Positions 1 through 9,222 of a stretch of DNA of 64,000 nt are shown one piece after another; position 1 is the first letter of the stretch, and every line of letters starts with the position of its first letter. The stretch lies in NCBI GenBank assembly GCA_964230645.1, contig CAXRHT010000002.1, positions 640,001-704,000 on the forward strand, in the 5' to 3' direction. Both the position numbers and the translations under genes were made by a program. The notes beneath the pieces are model-generated. The model ran no database searches. It saw nothing but the letters and a program-made list of their open reading frames with translations, and had not been told where the DNA came from. The DNA comes from Bdellovibrionales bacterium (GTDB taxonomy: Bacteria > Bdellovibrionota > Bdellovibrionia > Bdellovibrionales > JAGQZY01).

Positions 1-2619
1 AATAATAAAAGTCTGATCGGTTTGCGAGCCCACCGCATTTTGACCATAGTCAAAGCTTGGCCCAAGGTTGATGGTCAGATTCGCCGGTGGTGCTCCGTTT
101 CCAGAAACGTCTCTTAGTAGCGTTTGTGTCGCAGCTCCGTCGAAGTAATCCAATTCAATTGTGTCGTTGTAAAGTCCAACGGCTGTGGGAGCAAATTCAA
201 TAGCTAAATCACACTGATCGCCATTAGCAAGTGTCACTCCACAGGTTCCACCCGTTCCTGGGTAAGAACCTCCCACAAACTGAAAAGGAGCGGCTAATCC
301 CACTTCTGCCATAGTCGTTGCTGGGGCGCCCCCAATATTGTCGATAGTAAAGATGTGCACGGCCGTAGAGTTAACGGCAATTGTGTCGTAGTCATAAAGA
401 GGAGAATCGGTGATCGTTAAAAAGGCTGGTACCACTCCCGTACCGGTAATATCACGCAAAGCTGTTTGAGAATTCACTCCATCAAAATAATCAATCTCGA
501 TGGTGTCATCATCAATACCCACCGCTGCGGGTGAGTAACGCACGATGATCGTACAAGTGCTTCCTGCGGCCAGAGATCCTGTACAGGTTCCACCACCAGG
601 ATAAGTACCTCCTGAGTACTCGTAGGGAGGTAAAATTCCACCACCCACGAGACCTGTAGCAATATAGCCACCCGAATTGGTCACGGTAAACGTTTTATCC
701 ACTTGAGCACCGATCACCGGTGAGCCATAATCGTAAACAGGCCCATCACTAATTTCTAAATTGGCCGGCGTCACACCAGAGCCCTCAATCAAACGGATAC
801 TATTTTGGTTAGCCGCTCCATCAAAATAACTGATATTAATGCTTCCTGTTTGGATCCCAGTCACCGAAGGACTAAATTGCACTTCGATATCACAGGTAGC
901 AGTCGCAGTTAGAGTCGTCCCACAATCCCCGCCAGCCCCCGGAAAGGTGCCACCAGTGAAACTGAAAGGTCCACTTAAAGCAATTTCAGAAATAGAAGAT
1001 GCTGTAAATCCACCAATGTTTTCTAGCTCAAAAGTATGAGTGATCGCTCCACCGGTGGGAATTGTTCCAAAGTTATAAGGATCCGTTTCAGTGATCGTGA
1101 TTTGTGCCGGCACGGCTCCAGTTCCCTGAATATCTCTAGAGACATTGGCGGCGGCTAAGCCGGTGTTGTAATTTAAACTGATTTGGCTATTACTAATTGT
1201 CGCAACCGTTGGCGCAAACTCGATCACAAGATCACAAGTCGCACCCGGAGCAATCGTCAAATTACAATCGCCTCCCGTTCCAGGATAAGCCCCTCCTAGA
1301 TAACGGAAAGGAGCTGCCAAAGCTCCCGAGTCGGTCACCATACTAGCTGAGAAACCACCTGTATTTGTAACCTCAAATATATGAGTGGCCGTGCTTCCAA
1401 TAGCCGTAACCCCGTAATCGTAAAGAGGATCTTCAGAAATACTGAGACTGGCCGGCGTGACCGATTGACCTTGAATATCTCTTTCAGCGGTATCAAGCTC
1501 TCCGCCGTTATTGTAATTCATTATGACAGTGTCTGTGAATGTATTAGCATTGATCGGTGTGAATTCTATTTCGATACTACAGGTCGCCGATGGCGCAAGA
1601 GTCGCTCCACAATCTCCACCGGTCCCGGGATATGTACCACCACCGGAAAACGCAAAAGGAAAAGCAAGACCCGTTCCCGAAACACTTGTTGCGGGAAGTC
1701 CTCCGGTATTAGTTACATTTAAGATAACTGTTGCTGTTTGTGAGTTGATAATAGTTCCGAAGTCGTAAAGAGGGGCCTCGGTGATTTCAAGTTGTGCTGG
1801 CACGACCCCTTCACCGACTAGATCTCTAAGAGTCGAAACATTCGTAATACCATTGTCATACTGAACTTCAATTTGATCGTTCTGAATCCCAACATTATTG
1901 GGCGTGAAAGTAACAACGAAGGTACAACTTCCATTGGGTTGAAGCTCGGTACCACAGGTACCACCTTCTCCAGGCCACTCGTTGCCTTGAATTTCATAAG
2001 GAAAATCAAGGCCCACTTCTTTAATATTTTTTGCGACAGCCCCATTAGGAATATTGGTTAGAGAAAAAACTTTTTCCCCTGAAGTGTTCAGAGGCTGCAA
2101 CCCAAAGTCATAGGGGTCTGCTTCACTGATAGTGAGTTCGGCCGGGTCTGTTCCACGCCCCCTCAATTCAAGAGTGGAACTGCCCTCAGCTTTATTGTCG
2201 TTAAAGCCTATCGTCAGTTCTCCATCGTAGGCAATGGTGTCCACTGGATTAAAGCGAAGGACCATCTTACAGAAATCACCCTCTCTTAGGGTCTCAATAC
2301 AATCCCCACCGACTCCTGGAAATTTTCCACCTTCAAACACAAACTCAGGTGTAGTCAGACGATCACGCAATTTGAGCGCATCCATTCCACCGATATTTAT
2401 AATATAAACTTCAAAAAAGGAACGTCCGGGAGAAACAGCGGTGGCACCAAAATCGATACTTGTTACACTGCCCGCTTCACTCGTTGTTGTGGAGAAAACA
2501 AGAACGGCTCCTTCACCATCGGGAGGTTCATTGACGTCAGCAATACAAGACACCAGAAATGGCATCAGTGTGACAACCAGAAATTTTGTTAGGACTTTAA
2601 AAAGTCGTAACTCTTTCAA
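1..2619 (-). CDS. Large surface lipoprotein with tandem ~114-aa Ig-like repeats (choice-of-anchor D / ASH-Hydin-like); 3' end runs off the window
   Basis: Not in the ORF track because there is no stop in the window. Manual translation from TTG at 2619 (GAGGGAG upstream) gives MKELRLFKVLTKFLVVTLMPFLVSC (lipobox). Repeats follow with (Y/F)D(F/Y)G...GGxxPGxGGxC...C motifs about every 342-345 nt. Confidence 0.85.
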   Translation of the reverse strand, partial: MKELRLFKVLTKFLVVTLMPFLVSCIADVNEPPDGEGAVLVFSTTTSEAGSVTSIDFGATAVSPGRSFFEVYIINIGGMDALKLRDRLTTPEFVFEGGKFPGVGGDCIETLREGDFCKMVLRFNPVDTIAYDGELTIGFNDNKAEGSSTLELRGRGTDPAELTISEADPYDFGLQPLNTSGEKVFSLTNIPNGAVAKNIKEVGLDFPYEIQGNEWPGEGGTCGTELQPNGSCTFVVTFTPNNVGIQNDQIEVQYDNGITNVSTLRDLVGEGVVPAQLEITEAPLYDFGTIINSQTATVILNVTNTGGLPATSVSGTGLAFPFAFSGGGTYPGTGGDCGATLAPSATCSIEIEFTPINANTFTDTVIMNYNNGGELDTAERDIQGQSVTPASLSISEDPLYDYGVTAIGSTATHIFEVTNTGGFSASMVTDSGALAAPFRYLGGAYPGTGGDCNLTIAPGATCDLVIEFAPTVATISNSQISLNYNTGLAAANVSRDIQGTGAVPAQITITETDPYNFGTIPTGGAITHTFELENIGGFTASSISEIALSGPFSFTGGTFPGAGGDCGTTLTATATCDIEVQFSPSVTGIQTGSINISYFDGAANQNSIRLIEGSGVTPANLEISDGPVYDYGSPVIGAQVDKTFTVTNSGGYIATGLVGGGILPPYEYSGGTYPGGGTCTGSLAAGSTCTIIVRYSPAAVGIDDDTIEIDYFDGVNSQTALRDITGTGVVPAFLTITDSPLYDYDTIAVNSTAVHIFTIDNIGGAPATTMAEVGLAAPFQFVGGSYPGTGGTCGVTLANGDQCDLAIEFAPTAVGLYNDTIELDYFDGAATQTLLRDVSGNGAPPANLTINLGPSFDYGQNAVGSQTDQTFII

Positions 2620-2732
2620 GACGGTCTTCTCCCTCAAGCTTGTAAGTCCCTTTCAGTTTAATTCTTTCTGAGAGCCATCCAGAAATAACTTAAAAAAATT
2701 AGAACTTTACTCGCGTTAACTTCCTAACTAGC

Positions 2733-2759
2733 TTATCGGCGAGGTCTGGCTAATCTTGA
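2733..2759 (-). promoter_or_regulatory. Sigma-28 (FliA)-type promoter of the Ig-repeat lipoprotein gene
   Basis: Minus strand TCAAGATT-N11-GCCGATAA, versus consensus TAAAGTTT-N11-GCCGATAA. Confidence 0.75.
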
Positions 2760-2981
2760 ATAAAAATGAAGAAAAATTAGACAGTTATCGTAAATCGGGT
2801 CAAAAACCTAAAAACAAATTTCTGACACCCCTAAACTTATGTCTCAAAAATAGAATTTATTGAGCAACCCCCACCTATCTTATTGAAAATTAACCGATTT
2901 TATAAAGAGTATTTATTTCGTTTCATTGACTTTCAAATACCTAAAGTCTAATTCATAAAAATTCTTAAACCCCCTCTAGGA

Positions 2982-3485
2982 GTGATTTTGAAAAAATTGT
3001 TTTTATTAATTTTCGTCCTTTTCCAAACCGCAACGCTCTTGGCTCAAGAAAAGGCGATTGATCCAAAGTTTGTTTTCATGACCCGCCATCAAGGCTACAC
3101 CTGCGAGCGTTGGGGCAAGCAAGGATACAAAGAGTCAGAACTCGAAAAATCAGGTTTTTTATTTGAAAGCCTCGATATTTCGCGAAATACGAGAGAGGTC
3201 AAAATCCAAGTTCTTCAAAAAGAATCGGACTGCCTTTACACCTCTTACTTCTCTCGCAATAAGGGAGAAACATTTGTGACATTTGAATTCTCAGAGGTGA
3301 ATCCAGTATCAAGTTGTCAAAATGTAAAGGAAGAAATGGATACTTTTATGATGCAAGGTTGGGACTACAAGATAAAGCAAAACGCCTATATGTCCGTCTA
3401 CTTTAATGCCGGCATTGATAGTCAGTGTTCAGACAGCACCGGTAAATCTTATGCACGTTTCTACTATGACATCCTGGCTAACTAG
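2982..3485 (+). CDS. Secreted hypothetical protein
   Basis: Signal peptide (ATLLA|QE), several Cys; AGGA just upstream of GTG. Confidence 0.75.
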   Translation: MILKKLFLLIFVLFQTATLLAQEKAIDPKFVFMTRHQGYTCERWGKQGYKESELEKSGFLFESLDISRNTREVKIQVLQKESDCLYTSYFSRNKGETFVTFEFSEVNPVSSCQNVKEEMDTFMMQGWDYKIKQNAYMSVYFNAGIDSQCSDSTGKSYARFYYDILAN

Positions 3486-3506
3486 CCAAATAAATGTTCA
3501 ATCAAT

Positions 3507-3540
3507 AAAAAAACCCGAAACAAAGTTTCGGGTTTTTTTT
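3507..3540. terminator. Bidirectional intrinsic terminator
   Basis: A-tract-CCCGAAAC-aaa-GTTTCGGG-T-tract between convergent genes. Confidence 0.85.
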
Positions 3541-3563
3541 AATTCTTAAGCTTTATTATTTTT

Positions 3564-4118
3564 TTAGAAAGCCAAACCGAAGTTAAATTCAGCCACTGGT
3601 TCAAGGCCGCTGATTGACGCCGTATCAATTGTAGTCGCAGTAGCATCATCAAGCTCGGTATTTTGTAAACCGGCACCAAGTTGCATATTCACGGTATCCC
3701 ACATCCACATATAACCTAGTAGTAAAGACGTGGAGAAACCAGTCACATCATCCTCTTCAAAAGTCGCTGAGTTTTCAGTTTCAGCATTCACAAAATCAAG
3801 GGTCCCCGCTAGGTACCAACTGTCTGTATAGGTTTGATCAAAGAAAAATTGACCACGAGCTCCGTAGCTCAAAACGTCAGCATCGTTATTGCCGTCTTCA
3901 AGTTCATAAAAAGCCACTTGAGGGCCAAGTGTAAAGCGCTCACTTAAGGTAAAATCCAAGCCAAGACTAGAGACTCCGTAAAGAAGACCCACAGGATTGA
4001 GGCGGATGTTAAGTGTTTTGTCGGAGGGCTCATCGAAATCCGTTCGACTTGTGTTTTGCCCCATAGCGGGTGCGGCCAAAAATAGTGTGGCCGTTAAGGC
4101 CATCAGTTTTTTAAGCAT
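3564..4118 (-). CDS. Outer-membrane beta-barrel protein (DUF3575-like)
   Basis: Start moved to MLKKLMAL (AAGGAG RBS); signal peptide, amphipathic strands, C-terminal FNFGLAF. Confidence 0.75.
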   Translation of the reverse strand: MLKKLMALTATLFLAAPAMGQNTSRTDFDEPSDKTLNIRLNPVGLLYGVSSLGLDFTLSERFTLGPQVAFYELEDGNNDADVLSYGARGQFFFDQTYTDSWYLAGTLDFVNAETENSATFEEDDVTGFSTSLLLGYMWMWDTVNMQLGAGLQNTELDDATATTIDTASISGLEPVAEFNFGLAF

Positions 4119-4240
4119 ATAAACTCCTTTTCTTAGTTTAAAGGCAAAGCGTAACTCTAAACGGTGAAAAGGGCTTGAAGCCGCTTTGATGTTAATATTA
4201 AGAAAAGTAGACAATTACGGAGGGCTAAATGACACTCCGT

Positions 4241-4789
4241 TTAGGTTTCAAATTCAAAACCAATCATAGGATAAAGATGGGAAACGTCGGGATCGCCCAC
4301 TTCGTTTATTTTCTTGTAATTGTATAAAATGGAAAGACGAATTCTCACGCGGTACTTCACGTACATAATCCAGTTATAGTAATAGCCAACCTGCGCGTTG
4401 TAAGACCAGCCTTCGCTACTGCGTGTGCCCGCCACACGGTTGAGGTAACCAGCCCCCACTTCAACAAAAAGAGGACGGTTAAAAGCAAACCCCACACCGA
4501 GTGAAAGGTCTTTAACCTGACGATTAAAGTCGTGGATGACTTGCAGTCCGCCTCTGAAATTCTGCCCACCATAAAAGAGATTAAAATGTCCATGGGTGGT
4601 TTGATCGGTTGTTTCTGTGCCCTGAACCCTTTCCCTTTGCCAGTCGAACATTCCATCTAATGAGATGATCCACTTATCTGGTTGATCAAGATTGGGAAGA
4701 TAACCATCATTGATGTTCGTGCCTCGAGGGAAATACTGCGCCTCAAGAACAGGGGTAAAAAAGAAAATAAGGATTAAAAGAAGTTTCAT
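4241..4789 (-). CDS. Small outer-membrane beta-barrel protein
   Basis: Signal peptide, alternating aromatic/Gly strands, C-terminal IGFEFET. Confidence 0.65.
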   Translation of the reverse strand: MKLLLILIFFFTPVLEAQYFPRGTNINDGYLPNLDQPDKWIISLDGMFDWQRERVQGTETTDQTTHGHFNLFYGGQNFRGGLQVIHDFNRQVKDLSLGVGFAFNRPLFVEVGAGYLNRVAGTRSSEGWSYNAQVGYYYNWIMYVKYRVRIRLSILYNYKKINEVGDPDVSHLYPMIGFEFET

Positions 4790-4794
4790 AAGAT

Positions 4795-4824
4795 AAAAAA
4801 AAAGCCCTCAATGCTGAGGGCTTT
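4795..4824 (-). terminator. Intrinsic terminator
   Basis: AAAGCCCTCA-atgc-TGAGGGCTTT hairpin next to an A-tract (U-tract on minus). Confidence 0.75.
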
Positions 4825-4843
4825 TAAGACCTAAAGTCGATGT

Positions 4844-5401
4844 TTAGTTTTTCTCAGCGGCGTTGTCGCCCTCAGCTGTTCCTTCATCAGAGGTATCTTC
4901 TTCAGCGGCAGCCTCGTTAGAACCTCCAGCAGAAGCTGTGTTTCCAGCTCCACCACAGTCATAACCACCCGCTGTTAAGTTTCCAACGATGTTATCGAAA
5001 ACTTTATCACAGTAGCTCATGTCAAATTTTGCGTAAGCCACAGTTCTTTTCGTTCCGTTTTTAGTGTAAACAACACCGCAAGGCCCTTCTCTTGTGTCGA
5101 TCACAGAAACAAGACGCTCCGTGCTTCCGTTCTTACAAGTGGCTCCACTTCTTTCTGTTCCCTCTACATCGGGAAATTGCCCATCGGCCATATCAGGCTC
5201 CCCACTGCTCATATCAGCGGATGCGCTGTCAGCAGACGTGTCTTCGGCGGGTTCCGGCTCTGGAGTCGGAGTGGTATCCGGAGTTTCAGCCGGTTGCTCA
5301 ACGGCAGCCGCTTCTTCGGTGTTGGACATATCCTCTTCTTTATCTTTAGAAGAACAGGCACTTAAAGCCAGAATACTGACTAAAATAAGAAGTTTTTTCA
5401 C
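4844..5401 (-). CDS. Lipoprotein with acidic disordered linker and 4-Cys domain
   Basis: GTG start MKKLLILVSILALSAC (lipobox), GAGGT RBS. Confidence 0.8.
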   Translation of the reverse strand: MKKLLILVSILALSACSSKDKEEDMSNTEEAAAVEQPAETPDTTPTPEPEPAEDTSADSASADMSSGEPDMADGQFPDVEGTERSGATCKNGSTERLVSVIDTREGPCGVVYTKNGTKRTVAYAKFDMSYCDKVFDNIVGNLTAGGYDCGGAGNTASAGGSNEAAAEEDTSDEGTAEGDNAAEKN

Positions 5402-5654
5402 GATGACCTCTCTTGTGTTAGATTCTTTGTTGCTGGCAGAAAAGGCATCATTCATAGCCCACCCCACCTATTTTCTTAAACTTGATATAAAAGTCCCACC
5501 ACAGATCTCAATTATCAAGAACCGATTGGCTTGTGCCAGGCGTTAGCCCCCAAAAACTTCACTAATAAAAGGGATTTATGACACTCATACTAGCCCTTCG
5601 GAGAGGTTTCAAACCTTTGGTCTAGCTAGCAAAGGGAGCCCCTCTATCCCCTAT

Positions 5655-6563
5655 TTATTTGATTTTTGAGATCTTAGCATCGCCTGAGAGGCTGGAGAAT
5701 TTGATTTTATTGGCTTTGCCTTTGCTCACACCAAAATCATTCACAAGCTCTCCGGTCATGGAATTAAAATTAACGTCCACTTGCGATTCACTGGGAATCT
5801 CCAAGGTAAAGTCCCCTGAAACCGATTCAAAATCAATTTCCGGGTTTTGCAGGCTTGCTTTTAGCAAGGTGTCGCCCGAAACAGAAGTGAAGTGACCCTT
5901 TTTAAGAGTTTGAATTTCAAAATCACTATCACCGCTGACTGTTTCAACGGTGATCTCCTCTCCCGCACTCTTTTTGACCTTCAGGTCCCCTGAAACATTG
6001 GCCACATTCATCTTTTTAAAACGAAGATCATTGGCGTAAAGATCAGCACTCACGGAATTAAACTCAAGAGTTTTAAAATTATGATCGGTCGGAAACTCGA
6101 TAATTAAAGTGAGATTACGATCCTCATCTCCAGAAATTTTCTTAGCCAATTCCTTCATGGTGGAAAGACCTTTAAATTCCTTTTTTTCCGGTGATTTAAT
6201 TTCCAAAGTTTTTGATCGAACGGACACTTCAAACCAATCGGAGAGTTTCTCTCCGTCGTTCTTATAATGACTACCCTCTCCAATCAGAGAAACAATAATG
6301 TTTTTACTCTCAGCACTATTCATTTTCACTTTCATTGGAAGATAGGTGGCAAAGCTTAAACTCTCCACCGATCGAGGCTCAAAATTCTCACTGATTTTGA
6401 CCTCTATGATTTCTGTTTCTTTAGTGGCTGACTCTTCTGCATTTTCGGTAGCTTGGGCCTGAGTCGTTCCAATCTGGATGGAGTCCATATTATAGAATTG
6501 ATAAGTGTAGACCATCACCACTGCGACAAGAATTAAGAACCAAGGCTGCCTAAAAACTTTCAT
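5655..6563 (-). CDS. DUF4097 / putative adhesin beta-strand-repeat protein
   Basis: N-terminal TM segment; repeated (S/T)VSGD motifs. Confidence 0.8.
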   Translation of the reverse strand: MKVFRQPWFLILVAVVMVYTYQFYNMDSIQIGTTQAQATENAEESATKETEIIEVKISENFEPRSVESLSFATYLPMKVKMNSAESKNIIVSLIGEGSHYKNDGEKLSDWFEVSVRSKTLEIKSPEKKEFKGLSTMKELAKKISGDEDRNLTLIIEFPTDHNFKTLEFNSVSADLYANDLRFKKMNVANVSGDLKVKKSAGEEITVETVSGDSDFEIQTLKKGHFTSVSGDTLLKASLQNPEIDFESVSGDFTLEIPSESQVDVNFNSMTGELVNDFGVSKGKANKIKFSSLSGDAKISKIK

Positions 6564-6709
6564 AAAGTCTCCTCTAAGTAGAAAATCACTTGAAACTCAC
6601 TCAAAACCCCTTCCACCGAGATAATTAAAAAAACGGGGCTGCATTGAGCCAAAAACTCATTGGAGCATTGACATATTACGTAAAGCGTTAGAAAGTCAAC
6701 GCTTTCCGT

Positions 6710-6786
6710 GGCGGGGTAGCTCAGCTGGTTAGAGCACCGGAATCATAATCCGGGTGTCGGGGGTTCAAGTCCCTCTCCCGCTACCA
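6710..6786 (+). tRNA. tRNA-Met (CAT), elongator type
   Basis: Cloverleaf GGCGGGG.../TCCCGCT-A-CCA; anticodon stem CCGGA/TCCGG with loop ATCATAA; T-loop TTCAAGT; TTGACA upstream at 6668. Confidence 0.93.
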
Positions 6787-6934
6787 TTAAAATTTCTCTA
6801 AAAAACCAATTCGACTCAAAAACCGGAATCCCCGTATACCCGGCACCTGGTATACCCGTATCCCATTCCGTAATCGGTATACAGACTCGGTAGATTCGCC
6901 CTTTGACTCCTGCTCAATAGAAAAACTTGCCCGC

Positions 6935-7033
6935 TCCGAAGTCGTAGCTATTGCCTACGAACACCATGAAAACATTCTCGGACAAGTCTTCCCGAGGCAA
7001 ATGCCGAGCAAAAGAATGAATCCTATGGGGCGG
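6935..7033 (+). pseudogene. Remnant of an HD-GYP (c-di-GMP phosphodiesterase-like) domain
   Basis: Translates SEVVAIAYEHHENILGQVFPRQMPSKRMNPMGR, resembling HHExxxGxGYP...P..R; no start codon found upstream in frame. Confidence 0.5.
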
Positions 7034-7092
7034 TGTAAAAAAATGGGACTACCTTTGCATTGTCATTCTGAGCCTTTGTCATTTTAAGTCAT

Positions 7093-7187
7093 TGTCATTC
7101 TGAGCGTAGCGAAGAATCTATCTCCACTGAGTCCGCATTATCAAACCGAGTCCTCAGTAAAGGTCCTTCGCTACGCTCAGGACGACA
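7093..7187. repeat. 95-bp palindromic REP/MITE-like element, copy 1
   Basis: Terminal arms TGTCATTCTGAGCGTAGCGAAGAATCT / AGGTCCTTCGCTACGCTCAGGACGACA; same-length inverted copy at 59651-59745. Confidence 0.9.
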
Positions 7188-7227
7188 GGTTCACACGACA
7201 GGTTTCGATCTTTACAGCTTATAATAG

Positions 7228-7259
7228 AAAAAAAGCCCTAGTGATTCACTAGAGCTTTT
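7228..7259 (-). terminator. Intrinsic terminator
   Basis: A-tract-GCCCTAGTGA-t-TCACTAGAGC-TTTT. Confidence 0.7.
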
Positions 7260-7296
7260 CTATCTCGCTTTAAATAACTACCAAATATAATTCCGA

Positions 7297-7839
7297 CTAG
7301 TTCTGCGAGTACACAACGCAAGTTTGCTCTTCAACTTCCCCGTTGTCTTTAGTCTTCCAACCTTTATAGGTATAACCACCCTCTTGGGTGGGAGTTTTAC
7401 TTACTTTTAACGTGATGTTTAGAGGTGTTCCACTGGCAAAGCCCGTTTGTGTCATGGCCATTTCCAATGCCCCCTCTTCACTGAGATCTTTCACCTTTAC
7501 TCCATTGAGTCGAGTGGTGGTGGCATCTTTGTAGATCGCCTGCTCGGCCTGTGGGAAATCGTCGAGTGAAACTTCGATGCTAGAAATTTTGCATAACAGA
7601 ACATTATTTTGAACCACCTGACCAATATTCATCAACTGCTTTTCCATCTCTTCTTTAGAGCCATCAATATTTAATTGATTGAGCGCATTTAAGACAGCCG
7701 AGTCATCACAATCTTGAGAGATTTCTTCGTAGGCTTCGGTGGGCTGACAAACCATTCCGTATTTTGAGGAAAAGTTGCTAACGTCTGCAAAAGACAAAGC
7801 CGGTGCCATCACCAGCAATAGAGAGATTATTGTTTTCAT
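7297..7839 (-). CDS. Secreted hypothetical protein
   Basis: Start moved to MKTIISLLL (AAGGA RBS); signal peptide ALSFA|D. Confidence 0.75.
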   Translation of the reverse strand: MKTIISLLLVMAPALSFADVSNFSSKYGMVCQPTEAYEEISQDCDDSAVLNALNQLNIDGSKEEMEKQLMNIGQVVQNNVLLCKISSIEVSLDDFPQAEQAIYKDATTTRLNGVKVKDLSEEGALEMAMTQTGFASGTPLNITLKVSKTPTQEGGYTYKGWKTKDNGEVEEQTCVVYSQN

Positions 7840-7943
7840 GGAATTCCTTTCTGTTTTCATTGGTTTTACCAAATATTGGTCCAAATCATAGAAGCCCAGA
7901 AATTTTTACACCTCTCTCCTCTTTTCTTGATCAAAAACTGGAC

Positions 7944-7973
7944 AAAAAAAGCCCCGAATTTTCATTCGGGGCT
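7944..7973 (-). terminator. Intrinsic terminator
   Basis: A7-GCCCCGAAT-loop-ATTCGGGGC. Confidence 0.75.
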
Positions 7974-8029
7974 AGGATATGGTGAGAGAGTTATTGCTTG
8001 ATTAGGATTGGCCCAATGCCAATCAATTA

Positions 8030-9040
8030 TTAATGTACTACCACGTTACAGTTAGAAGGCTGTTTTGAAAGCCACGCCAAAAACTTTTCTCTAAAAGCTT
8101 CATGGTTGCTTACTCGAACACTAGCATGACAGCCGGGTGAACCTTCGATACTTTTACCGTCGAGAGTTGTTTTTCCGATGGTAACAACATCAATCGGCAT
8201 ATATTCACAACGATACATTTGTTCTACAAATTTTACCGCTTCCATATCAGCTAAAAGAGAGCTATCAATTCTTTTCCCGTCAAGATGCTTAAAGCAAATG
8301 CGTCCTGTTTGGAATGACTGGCGTTCACTACCGTGTACTCGTAAAACACCATCAGTATTAACAATTTTAAACTCACGCTCAGTCTTCGGAGCCACAGGAC
8401 GTGGAAGGCTCGAACCATCTTGGTTTTGTTGAGGTCTTGAATAGAGATGAGTGTTTTTAGTCTCATGGTAGTAGAAAGCTAATATGTCACTATCCCCACC
8501 ATTGTGGCAGTCGGCATTTTCAAGTAGACCACTTACAATCTCATCAAGTTTCGCTTCAAGAGTTTCGGCCCCTTTGTCACTCATTAGAGGAGAACTCTGA
8601 CCATCGCTGCGTCGAACATAAACGGTTTCTTTTTTATCACCACGAGTCAGTTCAATTTGGTTGTAGCCTCCATCAATACGAATACCATCAAGCTTTGGAA
8701 TGAGTTCATCGTTTTCAACAATTGAGATCACTTTTGCATAATCTTTAGCGTCGACTTTTCCTGTCATCTTACACTCAGGAATATCGAGCTCTGCTTTTAC
8801 TTCCCCACTTTTAATAACACTCATAGTGAGATCAATTTTGTAATTGGGTTGAGGACCATACCATCCACCAACAAAGTATCTAACATTGTCGACGTCTCCA
8901 ATATATAAGTTGGTCTCTTTTTTGTCCTCATCCGTCTCCTCAGACACAGTCAACACATCATCGTCTTCAGTGAATGTAACTTTACAGTTAGTGATTGATA
9001 AACAAAGTAGAATAAAGAATAGAGTCTTTAAGACTTTCAT
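8030..9040 (-). CDS. Hypothetical lipoprotein
   Basis: MKVLKTLFFILLCLSITNC lipobox; AAGGAG RBS. Confidence 0.75.
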   Translation of the reverse strand: MKVLKTLFFILLCLSITNCKVTFTEDDDVLTVSEETDEDKKETNLYIGDVDNVRYFVGGWYGPQPNYKIDLTMSVIKSGEVKAELDIPECKMTGKVDAKDYAKVISIVENDELIPKLDGIRIDGGYNQIELTRGDKKETVYVRRSDGQSSPLMSDKGAETLEAKLDEIVSGLLENADCHNGGDSDILAFYYHETKNTHLYSRPQQNQDGSSLPRPVAPKTEREFKIVNTDGVLRVHGSERQSFQTGRICFKHLDGKRIDSSLLADMEAVKFVEQMYRCEYMPIDVVTIGKTTLDGKSIEGSPGCHASVRVSNHEAFREKFLAWLSKQPSNCNVVVH

Positions 9041-9222
9041 AATTGCTCCTTAGTATTTTTTGGCTTTACCGACGTACAACTTTAAAATAGCCGTTGATTT
9101 GACTCTTACAGATTCTCATCATGAGGGAGCTAAAGAAATCCACTTATTTGCAAAAGGGATTTTCAAGAGTTTTTAAGCAGTTAGAGACTCATCACACAAA
9201 TTCTTCAAGAGACTTCGTCTCA

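Noticed and set aside
474..2671. Short ORFs listed in the track over the first 2.7 kb
   Set aside because: Shadow ORFs of the long minus-strand repeat gene
6710..6786. Initiator tRNA-fMet or tRNA-Ile2
   Set aside because: It lacks the C1:A72 mismatch and the three consecutive G-C anticodon-stem pairs, and overall resembles elongator Met. Ile2 is not fully excluded without a covariance model.
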